The translations under genes were made by a program, and so were the position numbers. The notes under the pieces were generated by a model that was not told the origin of the DNA, ran no database searches, and worked only from the letters and a program-made list of their open reading frames with translations. A DNA stretch of 63,959 nt, counting the filler, from Octopus bimaculoides (taxonomy: Eukaryota): assembly GCF_001194135.2 (NCBI RefSeq). It is 5 parts of 5 records of this genome, joined end to end, with 100 filler letters (N's around TTAATTAATTAA, not from the genome) between each part and the next. Parts side by side here need not be neighbours in the genome. Positions count along the whole stretch, not along the records: positions 60,453 to 63,959 come from NC_068991.1; 4 more parts are not named here. The stretch is one strand, 5' to 3'. This document shows, one piece after another, positions 61,964 to 63,959 of this stretch. The stretch's first letter is position 1. Every line of letters starts with the position of its first letter.

Positions 61964-62261
61964 TTCTTTGCATCTCTCAACGCATTTGTTCTCATTCAAT
62001 TGTTCAATTTGTGAAATCTTAATTAACATTCACTTAATGGTTGATTAAAAAATTAAATAAAACCAAAACTCTTTTTTGTATATTATTTTCCTGCAATTTA
62101 TTTACTTTCTTTTACTTGTTTTTTCCCCCCTCCCCTTATAAGTTAGACTTCGCTGATACTCTCTCATTGTTTGTTATGTTTTTATTGTTGTTTTTATAGT
62201 TCTTTACTATTCTTTTTGATTTTCTTCAGAATTTTTGTAAAGTCTATATATATATATTCTT

Positions 62262-62705
62262 TTATTCTGTTACATACTCCAGTCATTTGACTGCGGCCAT
62301 GCTGGAGCACTACTTCCAAAGGTTTTTAGTCGAACAAATCGACCCCACGACTTATTTTCTAAAGCCTAGTACTTGTCTATCGGACTCTTTTGTCGAACCG
62401 CTAAGTTACAGGCACGTAAATACACCAACATCGGCTGTCAAGAGGTGATGAAGGACAAACACACAAACACACATACATGCATACATACATACATACATAC
62501 ATACATACATACATACATACATACATGTATATATATATTCGACGGGCTTCTTTCAGTTTCCGTCTACCAAATCTGTTCACAAGGCTTTGGTCTGCACGGG
62601 GCTATAGTAGAATACACTCGCACAAGGTGCTATGCAATGGGTCTGAACCCAGAACCATGTGGTTGAGAAGCACGTGTCTTACCACACAGCCACGCCTGCG
62701 CCTAC
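62262..62705 (-). mobile_element. SINE family A, full length with internal (CATA)n
   Basis: cagtcatttgactgcggccatgctggagcac...cgacgggcttctttcagtttccgtctaccaaat...ttaccacacagccacgcctgcgcc. Confidence 0.92.
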
Positions 62706-62720
62706 ACATATTTATGAATG

Positions 62721-62787
<67 letters not shown>

Positions 62788-63959
62788 GAGAATCAGTTGA
62801 ATTGGATACTTAAGTTGAAGCACCAAGTCAGTGCGGTATAATCCGTACAACTCGAAGGTGAATAAAATCAAAATAAGCCACAGGATATCAAGAGGTGATG
62901 CAGTACGACCGTTTCAAGTAGCTCCATTTAATTGAACAATCCAGTCATTACATCAATTTAAACGCGGGGCTATTCTCAGCTGCATATATAAATAGAATTT
63001 TTTAAACAGTTGGACACGTTAATATAATTTTACTCAAATTCTCTAATAGAGCAAGAAGAGGGAAAGAGTCCATGTTGCTACTAATGTAGCTAAGAATATA
63101 CTACACTTCTAAGAACTGTATGAAGTTTGTTAGAGTCATAGCTTGTAAATGATTGTGGTTCATTTTTTAATTTATTAGTGTTTTTTTATCACCTACCAAA
63201 TCTGAGGCTAGAGGACAGTGTCTCTTTAGAAAGGAGATAGTTGACAGTTTATAGTTGGGTATGGTCATGAATTTTGTCAGGATTTTAGGATGTGTATGAG
63301 TAATTGTCTATAAAGGAGGCTGGGCAGGGGAAGACCCCAAATCAAGATGTTAATTACCAGTTGAAGGGGCAAGACGCTAATAAAACGTATGATGTTAAAA
63401 CAGAGGAAAATATCATGGGGTACTATGGATGATTGTATATAAACAATATTGTTATGTTGTATAACGATAAAATTTAAGATTACTAAAAATGATATTATAA
63501 CCAGAATAGATAAACTGTGAATTTTCAACATTAGAAAGGGAAGATTACATAGAATTAGTTTAATATTCATTCCTGTACTTAATTATTTACTTATTAGGTG
63601 GTTTCTATAAAGATTGTTCTGGGTATTTATTTATGGAATACTGGGGCAATAAATAATGCTATATTCATATTAATCATAAGCTAAGAATCAGAAAAAAATC
63701 GGGAAAAATAAGTTGTACACAGATACATACACATATTTAACTATGTGCACACATGAAAATATACACAAATATTTGTACTTTATTTTGGGTATGTTATAAT
63801 CAACTCTCATAAACTTAAGTAACTACGAAGTTTATATCTCTCTTTAAGAACAATAATAACTTATAAGAGATAAGAGGTTAATAGGTAAAGGTATCAAATA
63901 AAGAAAACAAAATAATAAGAAATTATAGAGAATAGTAAGAATATATATATATATATATA

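Noticed and set aside
390-63570. Most ORFs in the supplied track (poly-YI, HT, CV, ER, LS, I, X runs)
   Set aside because: They are translations of microsatellites or N gaps, not genes.
63280-63600. LGQG-P-like and MDD-like strings suggesting a dead reverse transcriptase
   Set aside because: Motifs lie in different frames and are too short to distinguish from chance.

Overview
AT-rich, microsatellite-saturated eukaryotic draft-assembly DNA with many N gaps. The SINE and LINE repertoire is octopus-like (cephalopod origin is an inference). One host gene is well supported: the last two coding exons (+ strand, 38999-39153 and 44051-44233, joined by a 4,897-bp GT-AG intron) of a huckebein-like C2H2 zinc-finger transcription factor. 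It carries an extra C-terminal finger, and I could not find its upstream exons in the readable sequence. A weaker 2-3-exon candidate for a signal-peptide protein lies at 50154-53975. The rest is mostly transposon debris: four tRNA-derived SINE families (about 35 copies), R4/Dong-like, RTE, CR1/L2 and L1/Tx1 LINE fragments, decayed Tigger/pogo and mariner transposases, two long palindromic MITE-like elements and a DINE-1/Helitron-like element. Two copies of a repeat carry a minimal hammerhead-ribozyme-like fold with a non-canonical CUGUNGA core. Four TTAATTAATTAA pads inside N runs are assembly linkers. Family names come from recalled motifs, no database search was run, and repeat boundaries are approximate (about +/-20 bp).
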